Shown here: piece after piece, positions 28,779-42,701 of the stretch
Layout of the letters: every line of letters starts with the position of its first letter
Position numbering within the stretch: position 1 is the stretch's first letter
Assembly (NCBI GenBank): GCA_964016885.1
Contig: OZ024740.1
Location: 425,320,001-425,384,000 of the forward strand
From: Eledone cirrhosa
Lineage: Eukaryota
Length of the DNA stretch: 64,000 bases
Reading direction: 5' to 3'
Position numbers and translations under genes: made by a program
The notes under the pieces: generated by a model
Told to the model about the DNA's origin: nothing
Databases searched by the model: none
Seen by the model: the letters and a program-made list of their open reading frames with translations, nothing else

Positions 28779-31700
28779 AGAAGGCCGAAGTCAGATTATA
28801 TCGACTCAAGTACTGGTACTTTATGTTACCAGAAGGCCGAAGTCAGATTATATCGACTCAAGTACTGGTACTTTATGTTACCAGAAGGCCGAAGTCAGAT
28901 TATATCGACTCAAGTACTGGTACTTTATGTTACCAGAAGGCCGAAGTCAGATTATATCGACTCAAGTACTGGTACTTTATGCTACCAGAAGGCCGAAGTC
29001 AGATTATATCGACTCAAGTACTGGTACTTTATGTTACCAGAAGGCCGAAGTCAGATTATATCGACTCAAGTACTGGTACTTTATGCTACCAGAAGGCCGA
29101 AGTCAGATTATATCGACTCAAGTACTGGTACTTTATGCTACCAGAAGGCCGAAGGCAGATTATATCGACTCAAGTACTGGTACTTTATGTTACCAGAAGG
29201 CCGAAGTCAGATTATATCGACTCAAGTACTGGTACTTTATGCTACCAGAAGGCCGAAGTCAGATTATATCGACTCAAGTACTGGTACTCTATGTTACCAG
29301 AAGGCCGAAGTCAGATTATATCGACGCAAGTACTGGTACTCTATGTTACCAGAAGGCCGAAGTCAGATTATATCGACTCAAGTACTGGTACTCTATGTTA
29401 CCAGAAGGCCGAAGTCAGATTATATCGACTCAAGTACTGGTACTTTATGTTACCAGAAGGCCGAAGGCAGATTATATCGACTCAAGTACTGGTACTTTAT
29501 GCTACCAGAAGGCCGAAGGCAGATTATATCTACTCAAGTACTGGTACTTTATGCTACCAGAAGGATGAAGTCAGATTATATCGACTCAAGTACTGGTACT
29601 TTATGCTACCAGAAGGCCGAAGGCAGATTATATCGACTCAAGTACTGGTACTTTATGTTACCAGAAGGCCGAAGGCAGATTATATCGACTCAAATACTGG
29701 TACTTTATGCTACCAGAAGGCCGAAGGCAGATTATATCGACTCAAGTACTGGTACTTTATGCTACCAGAAGGCCGAAGGCAGATTATATCGACTCAAGTA
29801 CTGGTACTTTATGCTACCCGAAGGCCGAAGGCAGATTATATCGACTCAAGTACTGGTACTTTATGTTACCAGAAGGCCGAAGGCAGATTATATCGACTCA
29901 AGTACTGGTACTTTATGTTACCAGAAGGCCGAAGTCAGATTATATCGACTCAAGTACTGGTACTTTATGCTACCAGAAGGATGAAGGCAGATTATATCGA
30001 CTCAAGTACTGGTACTTTATGCCACCAGAAGGCCGAAGTCAGATTATATCGACTCAAGTACTGGTACTTTATGTTACCAGAAGCCCGAAGTCAGATTATA
30101 TCGACTCAAGTACTGGTACTTTATGCTACCAGAAAGCCGAAGTCAGATTATATCGACTCAAGTACTGGTACTTTATGTTACCAGAAGCCCGAAGTCAGAT
30201 TATATCGACTCAAGTACTGGTACTTTATGTTACCAGAAGGATGAAGTCAGATTATATCGACTCAAGTACTGGTACTTTATGCTACCAGAAGGCTGAAGTC
30301 AGATTATATCGACTCAAGTACTGGTACTTTATGCTACCAGAAGGCCGAAGTCAGATTATATCGACTCAAGTACTGGTACTTTATGCTACCAGAAGGCCGA
30401 CGGCAGATTATATCGACTCAAGTACTGGTACTTTATGCTACCAGAAGGCCGAAGGCAGATTATATCGACCCAAGTACTGGTACTTTATGCTACCAGAAGG
30501 CCGAAGGCAGATTATATCGACTCAAGTACTGGTACTTTATGTTACCAGAAGGCCGAAGGCAGATTATATCGACTCAAGTACTGGTACTTTATGCTACCAG
30601 AAGGATGAAGTCAGATTATATCGACTCAAGTACTGGTACTTTATGCTACCAGAAGGATGAAGGCAGATTATATCGACTCAAGTACTGGTACTTTATGCTA
30701 CCAGAAGGATGAAGGCAGATTATATCGACTCAAGTACTGGTACTTTATGTTACCAGAAGGATGAAGGCAGATTATATCGACTCAAGTACTGGTACTTTAT
30801 GCTACCAGAAGGATGAAGGCAGATTATATCGACTCAAGTACTGGTACTTTATGCTACCAGAAGGCCGAAGTCAGATTATATCGACTCAAGTACTGGTACT
30901 CTATGTTACCAGAAGGCCGAAGTCAGATTATATCGACTCAAGTACTGGTACTTAATGTTACCAGAAGGATGAAGTCAGATTATATCGACTCAAGTACTGG
31001 TACTTTATGTTACCAGAAGGCCGAAGTCAGATTATATCGACTCAAGTACTGGTACTTTATGTTAGCAGAAGGCCGAAGTCAGATTATATCGACTCAAGTA
31101 CTGGTACTTAATGTTACCAGAAGGATGAAGTCAGATTATATCGACTCAAGTACTGGTACTTTATGTTACCAGAAGGCCGAAGGCAGATTATATCGACTCA
31201 AGTACTGGTACTTTATGTTACCAGAAGGCCGAAGTCAGATTATATCGACTCAAGTACTGGTACTTTATGTTGCCAGAAGGCCGAAGTCAGATTATATCGA
31301 CTCAAGTACTGGTACTTTATGTTACCAGAAGGCCGAAGGCAGATTATATCGACTGAAGTACTGGTACTTTATGCTACCAGAAGGCCGAAGTCAGATTATA
31401 TCGACTCAAGTACTGGTACTTTATGCTACCAGAAGGATGAAGGCAGATTATATCGACTCAAGTACTGGTACTTTATGCTACCAGAAGGATGAAGTCAGAT
31501 TTTATCGACTCAAGTACTGGTACTTTATGCTACCAGAAGGATGAAGTCAGATTATATCGACTCAAGTACTGGTACTTTATGTTACCAGAAGGATGAAGGC
31601 AGATTATATCGACTCAAGTACTGGTACTTTATGCTACCAGAAGGCCGAAGTCAGATTATATCGAATCAAGTACTGGTACTTTATGTTACCAGAAGGCCGA

Positions 31701-34238
31701 AGGCAGATTATATCGACTCAAGTACTGGTACTTTATGTTACCAGAAGGCCGAAGGCAGATTATATCGACTCAAGTACTGGTACTTTATGTTACCAGAAGG
31801 CCGAAGGCAGATTATATCGACTCAAGTACTGGTACTTTATGTTACCAGAAGGCCGAAGGCAGATTATATCGACTCAAGTACTGGTACTTTATGTTACCAG
31901 AAGGCCGAAGGCAGATTATATCGACTCAAGTACTGGTACTTAATGTTACCAGAAGGCCGAAGGCAGATTATATCGATTCAAGTACTGGCACTTTATGTTA
32001 CCAGAAGGCTGAAGGCAGATTATATCGACTCAAGTACTGGTACTTTATGTTACCAGAAGGCCGAAGTCAGATTATATCGACTCAAGTACTGGTACTTCAT
32101 GTTACCAGAAGGCCGAAGGCAGATTATATCGACTCAAGTACTGGTACTTAATGTTACCAGAAGGATGAAGTCAGATTATATCGACTCAAGTACTGGTACT
32201 TCATGTTACCAGAAGGCCGAAGTCAGATTATATCGACTCAAGTACTGGTACTTTATGTTACCAGAAGGCCGAAGTCAGATTGTATCGACTCAAGTACTGG
32301 TACTTTATGTTACCAGAAGTCCGAAGGCAGATTATATCGACTCAAGTACTGGTACTTAATGTTACCAGAAGGCCGAAGTCAGATTATATCGACTCAAGTA
32401 CTGGTACTTTATGTTACCAGAAGGCCGAAGGCACATTATATCGACTTAAGTACTGGTACTTAATGTTACCAGAAGGCCGAAGGCAGATTATATCGACTCA
32501 AGTACTGGTACTTTATGTTACCAGAAGGGTGAAGGCAGATTATATCGACTCAAGTACTGGTACTTTATGCTACCAGAAGGCCGAAGTCAGATTATATCGA
32601 CTCAAGTACTGGTACTTTATGCTACCAGAAGGCCGAAGTCAGATTATATCGACTCAAGTACTGGTACTTTATGTTACCAGAAGGCCGAAGGCACATTATA
32701 TCGACTTAAGTACTGGTACTTAATGTTACCAGAAGGCCGAAGTCAGATTATATCGACTCAAGTACTGGTACTTTATGTTACCAGAAGGGTGAAGGCAGAT
32801 TATATCGACTCAAGTACTGGTACTTTATGTTACCAGAAGGATGAAGTCAGATTATATCGACTCAAGTACTGGTACTTTATGCTACCAGAAGGCCGAAGTC
32901 AGATTATATCGACTCAAGTACTCGTACTTTATGCTACCAGAAGGATGAAGGCAGATTATATTGACTCAAGTACTGGTACTTTATGCTACCAGAAGCCCGA
33001 AGTCAGATTATATCGACTCAAGTACTGGTACTTTATGTTACCAGAAGGATGAAGTCAGATTATATCGACTCAAGTACTCGTACTTTATGCTACCAGAAGC
33101 CCGAAGTCAGATTATATCGACCCAAGTACTGGTACTTTATGCTACCAGAAGGATGAAGTCAGATTATATCGACTCAAGTACTGGTACGTTATGCTACCAG
33201 AAGGCCGAAGTCAGATTATATCGACTCAAGTACTCGTACTTCATGCTACCAGAAGGATGAAGGCAGATTATATTGACTCAAGTACTGGTACTTTATGCTA
33301 CCAGAAGGATGAAGGCAGATTATATCGACTCAAGTACTGGTTCTTTATGTTACCAGAAGGATGAAGGCAGATTATATCGACTCAAGTACTGGTACTTTAT
33401 GCTACCAGAAGGCCGAAGTTAGATTATATCGAATCAAGTACTGGTACTTTATGTTACCAGAAGGCCGAAGGCAGATTATATCCACTCAAGTACTGGTACT
33501 TTATGTTACCAGAAGGCCGAAGGCAGATTATATCGACTCAAGTACTGGTACTTTATGTTACCAGAAGGCCGAAGTCAGATTATATCGACTCAAGTACTGG
33601 TACTTTATGTTACCAGAAGGCCGAAGTCAGATTATATCGACTCAAGTACTGGTACTTTATGTTACCAGAAGGATGAAGGCAGATTATATCGACTCAAGTA
33701 CTGGTACTTTATGTTACCAGAAGGATGAAGGCAGATTATATCGACTCAAGTACTGGTACTTTATGTTACCAGAAGGCCGAAGGCAGATTATATCGACTCA
33801 AGTACTGGTACTTTATGTTACCGGAAGGCCGAAGTCAGATTATATCGACTCAAGTACTGGTACTTTATGTTACCAGAAGGCCGAAGTCAGATTATATCGA
33901 CTCAAGTACTGGTACTTTATGTTACCAGAAGGCCGAAGTCAGATTATATCGACTCAAGTACTGGTACTTTATGTTACCAGAAGGCCGAAGTCAGATTATA
34001 TCGACTCAAGTACTGGTACTTTATGTTACCAGAAGGCCGAAGGCAGATTATATCGACTCAAGTACTGGTACTTTATGTTACCAGAAGGATGAAGGCAGAT
34101 TATATCGACTCAAGTACTGGTACTTTATGTTATCAGAAGGCCGAAGGCAGATTATATCGACTCAAGTACTGGTACTTTATGTTACCAGAAGGATGAAGGC
34201 AGATTATATCGACTCAAGTACTGGTACTTTATGTTACC
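28779..34238. repeat. 52-bp tandem satellite, 105 units, derived from SINE internal sequence
   Basis: Unit agaaggccgaagtcagattatatcgactcaagtactggtactttatgttacc; agaagg at 28779 and 34239, 5460 bp apart = 105 x 52; flanks are the two SINE ends. Confidence 0.97.
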
Positions 34239-36399
34239 AGAAGGATGAAGGCAAAGTTAACCTTCGCTGATTTGTACTGAGAAAATCCGGAGAAAATAAT
34301 GCTCAACGCTTTAATGACTTAACCACCAGCCCGATGAAAATAATATATGCTCAAGGGAAGAAATGCTATAAAATAGTTTATAAAATGGGGTGAAGACCCT
34401 TAAAGATGGAAAACGAAGTTGCCATTGGCTGCTATGAGAAATTGAACCCCATATCTTTTTGTTACCGACTGGACATTAAGCCAAGGAACCGTGACAACTC
34501 TTACCGTTTTAAATTAGACTGCCGAATCACAACTTTCTAATGTCCACACTCATCGTGTTTACGTAGCTGACCTTTCGGACTTTGATGATGATGATGACCT
34601 CTTTATTAATCAAAATGGCTGTCTCAGATAAAACAATAAACGTTATAAATATGAGTTTTATAATACATGTTGATATAAACAAAATTATAACAGAAACTAA
34701 TATAAACACATCAAAAGTTGATAAAATATGAAACATGTATAAAATCTTTATTAAAAATGTAATATAAAATATGAAAAACATTTAGGGTTACCCACCCACA
34801 CATGACTGGGAATTCATATTTCTGATCACATATCATACATATACTTTCCAAGGATAACTGAAATCTCCCGCAAGCATTCTTGTAGGGAGTTCATTGATAA
34901 ATGAACCCACATCTGGACAAAAGTCCATTATTTTAAAATATATTTATATATTTCTATCGTTGATAAAACTTAAAGTCTATCTTCCAGATGCTCTCTGGAA
35001 AACTCCCCAATTCTCTGGTCCGCCGGGTCTGTTTCGTCTAAATCATTTCGTAAACTAAGCCAGTTCCCACGACTGTGACACAACACACTGTTTCATCTCT
35101 CTTCAAAAGCCTTCTAAGAAAATCATATTTTGTTTTGATTTTGTTTCCATTTTTATCATTTTTGTATGTCTATTGTAGGTCTGTTTGCCCTTCTCAGACT
35201 CCCTTTATCCCTCATTTTCAAGCGTTAATGGAGGGATGCTGTTAGAAGAGGAGCTTTGCCCTCCTGCACCTCCGAGAATGAGCATGGCATACACCGTGTC
35301 CTCTATCTATGAAAGGAATAAAATGGCAGTAGGAACCAGATGAATGCATTAAGAGGTAGTTAAAGAGGGGCGGGGAATCATCAAAACCCGATGGTAGGAT
35401 GCACGGAAGAGAGAAAGTGCTTGGGTGTTAATAAACAACAGACGATAGAGAGTAAACATGGCTTCAGTTAAACTACTTGAGGTCTCGTTCGGTCCGTGGA
35501 CAGGAACTGGAGTGAGGTTAACGCAAAGATGGCCAGTCACACACACAAATGTCCTGAGAGGAAAATATCCATGAAAGGTAGGGTAAAGATGTCAAAAGCT
35601 TCATTCACCTTGAGGTCTTCGGGTCTTGTCCAGTTCTCATCTGATCAGTTTTGGACGACTGCTCTTCTGCTTTTTGCTAAAATACCACTTTCCTCAAACA
35701 CATTTCTTGCGGTGGACAAGGCATTCAAAACCTGTTGATGCACTGACATGTGCTCAGGTTGCGGCATTTGCAAAGATTTCCCGACGTAAAGAGTATGATT
35801 TTGTCTTCTCTGTGACACGCTTTTCCACACTTCATTCCCTTGACAGAGCTGCAGCCTTGGATGAAGAAAATATTAGGCACCATAGCCCTCTGCCAGTGGC
35901 ACAATGTGATTGTTGAAAGCTTCTCATTATCAATCGATAGTGGAGTATTGGTGACGAAGTGTGACAACATATTTAGAGAGGACGAGAATGACCTGGCTTA
36001 TCTATTCTAGCGGATTTAGGTGTAGAAAATATGGATAATTTCCAGAAATTTTTGGCTTGGCTGTTCTATCGGGAGGACATTGTTAGTTAAAGATTCCCGC
36101 CGAAGTGAATCAAGGATTTGAAATGTCTGAATAAACATTAGTTTGTTTTAAATGTTATATATATTTTAAAGTGTTGATTATAGAATTCATTTGATATCAG
36201 TTGAAAGCGTCTTACTTCCCCATTTTATGGCTGTTTTGGTTCTGTTCGGTTTGTCAATTTGGGAAATGGACTGTCCGCATTCAGTTGGAGGGTGGATCGC
36301 GGGTTGGTTTAGCAAGAATTGTGAGTCCAGGCTGGCGTTCAATTTAGAGTGTTTGCTTAGTGTTTTGTGGACTGATTGGAGCAATAACGGTTTTACTTA

Positions 36400-36567
36400 C
36401 CGTATTTCCCGGCGTCGAAGACGCTACTTCTTTCCTAAAATAACTCTCTAAAATCTACCATGCGTCCTGGACGCCAAAGGTTGTTTATTATTTTTTTGGA
36501 AATTTTTGGTTGTCAAAATTAAGGTGCGTCCTCCAGGACGAAGCGTCTTTGGCGCCGCGAAATACGG
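36400..36567. mobile_element. Tc1/mariner-pogo (Tc2/Kanga-like) MITE
   Basis: TA|ccgtatttcccggcgtcgaagacgc ... gcgtctttggcgccgcgaaatacgg|TA. Confidence 0.85.
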
Positions 36568-37662
36568 TACGTATATATCAACTACCACTACCAACTTTTC
36601 AATAGTGACTACCAGGTCTTCCTCATTTTCAAGCAGTGGACACATCCATTATGTTATTTGGAAAGATAGTAGGTAGACTTGGTTACGAGTCAAACAATCA
36701 TGTAGTTCTCGTCTTAAAATTATTCTCAAATGTAGATTCATTGATGAGAATATCTATATAGACAATGGTACATTGTCTTGCAAAAATCCACAAATTTGTT
36801 ATTTTAGAATTACTTCTTGTTTCGGTGCTTTGTATAGACGAAACTATATATTTGTGAACTGGCAAACAGCTCTTCTATCGCGATTAAGTGCATACGTTGA
36901 ACTCACTACAATAAAGACTAGTTTTGCTATCTAATAGAGATGACATTTCAAATGTGCTTATTGCAAATGTATATCGCTGTTTATTTTATTTTATATGACA
37001 GGTAATGCCAAGGAAATGAACGTTAGATGATACAAAACGAGAGCAATTAATTTCTGTTGCATCTGTCTGTCCCGATTTTATTTTAAATTGTGCCGTTAAG
37101 GAAAAGGAAATTAATAAATATTTCGTTAGCTTTGATTGAAGTGCCATCTGCCGATGACGATTCACTTACCTGCGACAACTAAGGCGGTATTTGCTTTTCC
37201 AGTTTATTTACTATGTAACGTTATTGCTTTTACATTGCCCAGCTTTTATCTGTTGCTTCGTCGCCCGTTATATATCTTCCTAAAACTTCAAGCTTTCTCA
37301 TATTATTGCTGGATTAATTAGACATTCGCTTGTTTCTGTCTATTTTCCCTTCCCGTATATCTATCAGATAATTTATGGCTTTAATCATTACTGTTCTTCA
37401 CCTACGACTATTTCCTTCTCTTAATAATTCTCATTTTCTTTGTATTTCACTTTTATCCAAAAGTACCAATATTTGCATTTAGTTGCCTAATGTTACTCCA
37501 GACTACGTACTAACAAGGGCACGTCTCAACATACCATCTTAAATAAGAGGATCGTATCGAAGTGTAGCCATCGAAAGTGTAATATATATTTTCTCCAAGC
37601 GTGAAACTAATACACTTAATGTTGTTGCATCCTCTTGTTCGTTCGTTTCGTGTTTCCTTGAC

Positions 37663-37736
<74 letters not shown>

Positions 37737-37754
37737 ATATCCTAGTTGGACATT

Positions 37755-37826
37755 AAATATTTATACTCTGCTTTGTATTGAGTACCTTACTTACTGTGGT
37801 TACCCCCGATTGATCCCTGGATAAAG

Positions 37827-37828
<2 letters not shown>
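37755..37828 (+). mobile_element. 3' tail fragment of the 24.4-kb HHR element family
   Basis: tatactctgct.tgtattgagtaccttacttactgtggttacc.ccgatt is the reverse complement of the ~24376-24434 tail; ends in (TA)n. Confidence 0.75.
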
Positions 37829-37880
<52 letters not shown>

Positions 37881-37881
<1 letters not shown>

Positions 37882-38220
37882 GTGAAAAATGGAACGGGAA
37901 CAAAACAGAGAGGCCGTACAAACAAAGGTTTATTAGTTTCACGCTCTTGAGGGCGGGGGTGGGGAACGACGTTTCGGGCATAGGCCCTTCTTCAGGAGAA
38001 AAGTGGGTGGCAAGAGAGTTCCGAGGGTATGTGGAGGAGTGGTGGAGAGACATTTAGAAGGGTGTGGGGCAGAGGAAAGGGAGGAAAAACGGTGGAAGGG
38101 GTACACATAAAAATAAAAATAAACATGAAGATAAACAAGTGGTGGAAGGGTGTGGGGCGTGTAGGGGTGGTGGCGGGTGGAGTGGGGAGAGGGAGGCGGG
38201 GTGTCCGAGCGGGGAGAGCT
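37881..38220 (-). mobile_element. Penelope-like terminal repeat remnant with HHR-like core (37968-37995) and AATAAA
   Basis: CTGAAGA A GGGC ctat GCCC GAAACGTC ... ctaataaacc, ending at (TA)n; stem I pairs poorly. Confidence 0.6.
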
Positions 38221-38937
38221 GAAGATGCTGTTTGTATATGTGTGTAGGTGTACGTGTGTGTGTGTGTGTATACACACATACATATGCACACACACACTAA
38301 CGCACGCACATATATTTGTATTCATAAATTAAACAAAAGCATAAAGTCTCAAATTTCGTAGATGTACCCTCGATTTTATAGCCCCCCCCCCCCCCATTAA
38401 TTTATTTGTATTATGCTTGGATTTGTTTTTTTGCCATTAGACCATAGTTTCTCATTGTCAAGATTCAGTAGATTCGGATGTACAACATCTTCACACTAAA
38501 ATCCCTGCAGAGGCATTTCTAAGTTTCCTTGCACCTCCCACATGTTTCTATCAATCAGGTAGAAGATTCCTGTAGCGGAAGATCCGAAAAAAGAAACACG
38601 GGAGAAGTAATTGTCATTAGAAGTGTATTTCGGCAGTTGTAGCTGTGTCCCTACAGTCCTTTCTAGGATCCACTCAACTCACAATGCAGTGGAGAGAAGC
38701 TAGAGAAATACCTTCACCATACACTATCCTTAATAATAATACTTTCTAATATAGGTACAAAACATACACTGGGTGAGAGAACAATCAATTTAACCCCAAA
38801 TATTATTGAATTAGTATTTTAAATTTACAAGGATTGCTGACATTGATATAACTCACATATCTAGTTGGTCATTCCACAATATTACATTTTCAAAATTTAT
38901 TTTATTGATCTTAGATGAGATATGCATCATGTTATTA

Positions 38938-39130
38938 TAATTGTTTCTACTTTTGACACAAGGCCAGCAAATTACCCAGTGCATTACTGGTACTTTATTT
39001 TATCGACCCCGTAAGGATGAAAGGCAAAGTTAACCTCGGCGGGATTTGAACTCAGAATGGCAAGGGCCGTAACTCTATGCGTCAAAGCATAGAGTAATGA
39101 CGGCCCTTCATGGTCTGAGTTCAAATCGAA
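38938..39130 (-). mobile_element. SINE with fold-back inversion at its truncated 5' end
   Basis: gatttgaactcaga..agggccgt.actctatgc gtcaaa gcatagagt..acggccct..tctgagttcaaatc. Confidence 0.85.
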
Positions 39131-39865
39131 TTTGGAGCTGTTTTCTTTTACTTATATTGTTGATACTTTTAATGAAATTCTGAACGTCGCAACGTTACAT
39201 TTAATCCTAATACAGCTGAAATCATACATGTAGCTTGTTTAGCAATTCTAGCCTGGAGGAATCTTACACATTGAGAGTAGGACATGTAAAAATGTAACTT
39301 AATGTCTCTATTTTTGTCGAAATGTAGAAGACGATAGAATTTAAATTCGACACTGGGAACTAACAAAGAATTCGTGAATTATCAAAGTATTGATGTTGTT
39401 TAGAGTGAGTATGTGTTGAGAAGGAAGAATTGAGAAGGAGGCTACCATGTTTACTCCCATTAATAATTAAAAAAATGCTACAGAAAGGACAAGACCAGTG
39501 TCAAGGTTCGCAATCGTGTGGAATGGAGATCTCTCGTCACCCAGTGCTTCGTATGGAGATAAAGTAACGAAAGTAGAAGAATTCCATTTCCTAGTACTTG
39601 AAATCAGATAAATAAGGGAAGTGTCTTCAGTTGGGATAGTATGTAGTAACAGTAAAAGAATTCCAACCTTTGATCCCAAAGCTACTTGCCTTCCAGCTTA
39701 TCAATTAGAGGTTAATTAAGTCTTTTACTTGATTCTATTCTACGGGGTGTTTCGACTTGCTAGAAAGAGTTACCGATTCTCTCTAATATCAGACAGAAGG
39801 AAGAAATATATAATGAACGCTTTTGATCACACGTCTTCTCAATTAAGGCTGACATAGAATAAACA

Positions 39866-40012
39866 ATAACAACAACAACAATGACGACGATCACGACCAC
39901 GATGACAACAACAACAATGGCGACGATCACGACCACGATGACGACAACAATGGCGACGATCACGACCACGATGACGACAACGATGACGACCACAATGGCA
40001 ACCACGATGACA
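39866..40012. repeat. Degenerate (ACA/ACG) trinucleotide minisatellite
   Basis: atggcgacgatcacgaccacgatgac recurs. Confidence 0.8.
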
Positions 40013-40045
40013 CAAAAGGTCATAGAATATAAATATAGGAATATA

Positions 40046-40266
40046 GGACGATGGATTGGCAGTGTTGTAGGAGCGCCAGACAACATACTTTATGGCATAG
40101 AGTTACGGCCCTTAACGATCTAAGTTCAAATCCTGCCGTGGTTAGCTTTCCATTTCATCCTTACGGGGTCGATAAAATAAAGTACAGGTAATGGACTGGG
40201 ATTTATTTAATCGACTTTCCCCTCCCCTCCAAAATTATTGGCCTTGTGCCTCAATCAGAAACCAAT
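40046..40266 (+). mobile_element. tRNA-derived SINE, near full length
   Basis: A/B boxes, core, tail ggccttgtgcctcaatcagaaacc. Confidence 0.88.
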
Positions 40267-41439
40267 GTAAATATAGGAATATTGACAACATATCTCTTTC
40301 AGGAAAGAATCTATCGTGTATTTTATAGTTTATCAAGTCAGCCATTTACAATCTCTCTTTTCTTATATTCTCAGAGTGTATTCATTGTATTATGTTGTTG
40401 GCACCTAACTCTACTTGCTACATAAATAACATTACAAATGGGTTCAATTTTGTCGGATTAACTAGTCCTAACACAAAGGAACCAAACTCCCACTGCCACC
40501 GTCTCTCCCGCTCTCCTCCAGCCATAAACTCATAACTTATCAATCGTGAGACTTGTATCTCTAAACCAAACAGCTATGGCGATATTGCAATATTTTATAC
40601 AAACTAATCTTGTCATCAACATAATTATGGATTCGAAATGGTTGAGTTCATAACTAGTTATTTGATTGTAGTTGAAAATATTGTTTTGATTGGCGGCGAT
40701 TTTAGGTACTTTGCTTTATCGATCTTAATCGGTGAAAGGCAAAGTTTAACTCGGTGGGATTTAAATTCAAATGCAGAGAGCCGGAACAAATATAACAAGG
40801 GTTGTACTCGAATGACTTCGCCATTTTGCTGCCTATTTCACGGAGAATTATTTTCTACTTCTATTAGAATCTCTCGTTTTACTCATTAGATAAAGTGTTT
40901 TTAAGACTTTTAAACGCGTTGACGAGATTTACATTGGTGAACACAGTAATTCAATAGATAAAGATCGATAAAATGTGTATTAGACTAACAATAGTGGTCG
41001 ATAAAATTGATTAATGTCTCGCGAAGCATACACTGAGATTTGAATAAATGAAATCAATTAAATAAAAGGAAAATACATATATTTTGTTTGATCCAACGAA
41101 AGCGCCTCTACGTTATCGATCCACCTGCTAGAAACAACAACTAAATCTCCTTGAAATCGCATTCAGTTATCATGAAAATTTAAAGAAACATTGAACAATG
41201 TAGTCAAAGATATAGAAACATATATGTTAGTGCAGTTGCAGCTTCTTTCATGGTTTCTTCAATCAAGGTTGAGCTGGGGATAAACAACAACAACAACAAC
41301 AACATGGTGTATGTTAAGTTTCTGTTTTCTCACAATGAGTTGTAGTCCCAGTAAGGTCAAGTTGTTCTGAAGACTGGAGTGAGAATGATAATCATTCATA
41401 GGTTTATTACTATTATTGTTGTTGTTGTTGTTGTTGTTA

Positions 41440-41655
41440 AGGGGGTGGAATGGCAGAATCAGTAGAACGTCGGACAATATTTTATGGTATATAGTTACGA
41501 CACTTTGCGTTCTGAGTTCAAATTCCGGTGAGATTAGCATTACTTTTCATCCCTACGGGGTCGATAAAATAAAGTACCAGTCACGCACTGGAGTCTATTT
41601 AATCGAATTTCCCTTCCTCCGAAATTGCTGACCTTGTGCCTAAATCAGAAACCAT
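41440..41655 (+). mobile_element. tRNA-derived SINE, near full length
   Basis: tggcagaatcagtag, gagttcaaattcc, core and tail. Confidence 0.88.
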
Positions 41656-41673
41656 TATTATTTTTGTTGTTAA

Positions 41674-41884
41674 AGCCGTGGATTGGCAGAACCAGTAGAG
41701 CATCGGACAATTTCCATGCGGAATATAGTTACGTCCCTTTACGTTCTGAGTTCAAATCCCGTCGAGGTTTGCTTTCCTACTCATCCTTACGAGCTCGATA
41801 AATAAAGTACCAACAACGCATTGGGGTCGATTTAATGGACCCCCCCCCCCATCGCACAAAATGTGTTGGCCTTGTGCCTAAATC
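41674..41884 (+). mobile_element. tRNA-derived SINE, in tandem with the previous copy
   Basis: tggcagaaccagtag, gagttcaaatccc, core and tail. Confidence 0.85.
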
Positions 41885-42485
41885 ATTATTGTTAGTATTG
41901 TTTTTATTGTTGTTTTTTATCCCTCAAATCCTTCCTCAGCTAACACACCTATGATAACCAAAAGCTCTTCAGTCATGATCATCCCATCATTTTTTACTAC
42001 ATTATCCAATGCGTTGTTTTCTCTTTTCTAATAGAGTCGGCTGTAATTTGAGTAAAATCTTGCTGCTGTTTCTAGTACACTGTGACCAGGTAGAGAAAGA
42101 GGATACTTTAAATTGACTACGACTATGTGTCTGCCATTTTAATTTTTGATTTACTTTCAATCATGGCGTCACGAAGCGACCTAAACAGACAACATTGTGA
42201 TTTATTTCAATAATTTCTTATATGGAGCCTTGTTTTCATTCCGTTTCCAGTATTCTGTTTCTTCTTAACTCACCGGACACGATATAATGTGTACACATTC
42301 AATCATACACACATACACATACACACGCACTCACACAATCGCGCGCGCATATAACAAACATATACGCACGCAAACACACACACACACATACACGCACACA
42401 TTCACATGCATGAAAATACGTGAGCAGATACAAACACGCGTACACACACATATATATGTGTATATATATATATGTATCTATCTAT

Positions 42486-42701
<216 letters not shown>

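Noticed and set aside
28761-34270. Long ORFs (up to 473 aa) of a repeating 52-aa peptide, and CRISPR-like regularity
   Set aside because: Artefact of a mostly stop-free 52-bp unit cycling through all three frames; contiguous repeats with no unique spacers and no cas genes
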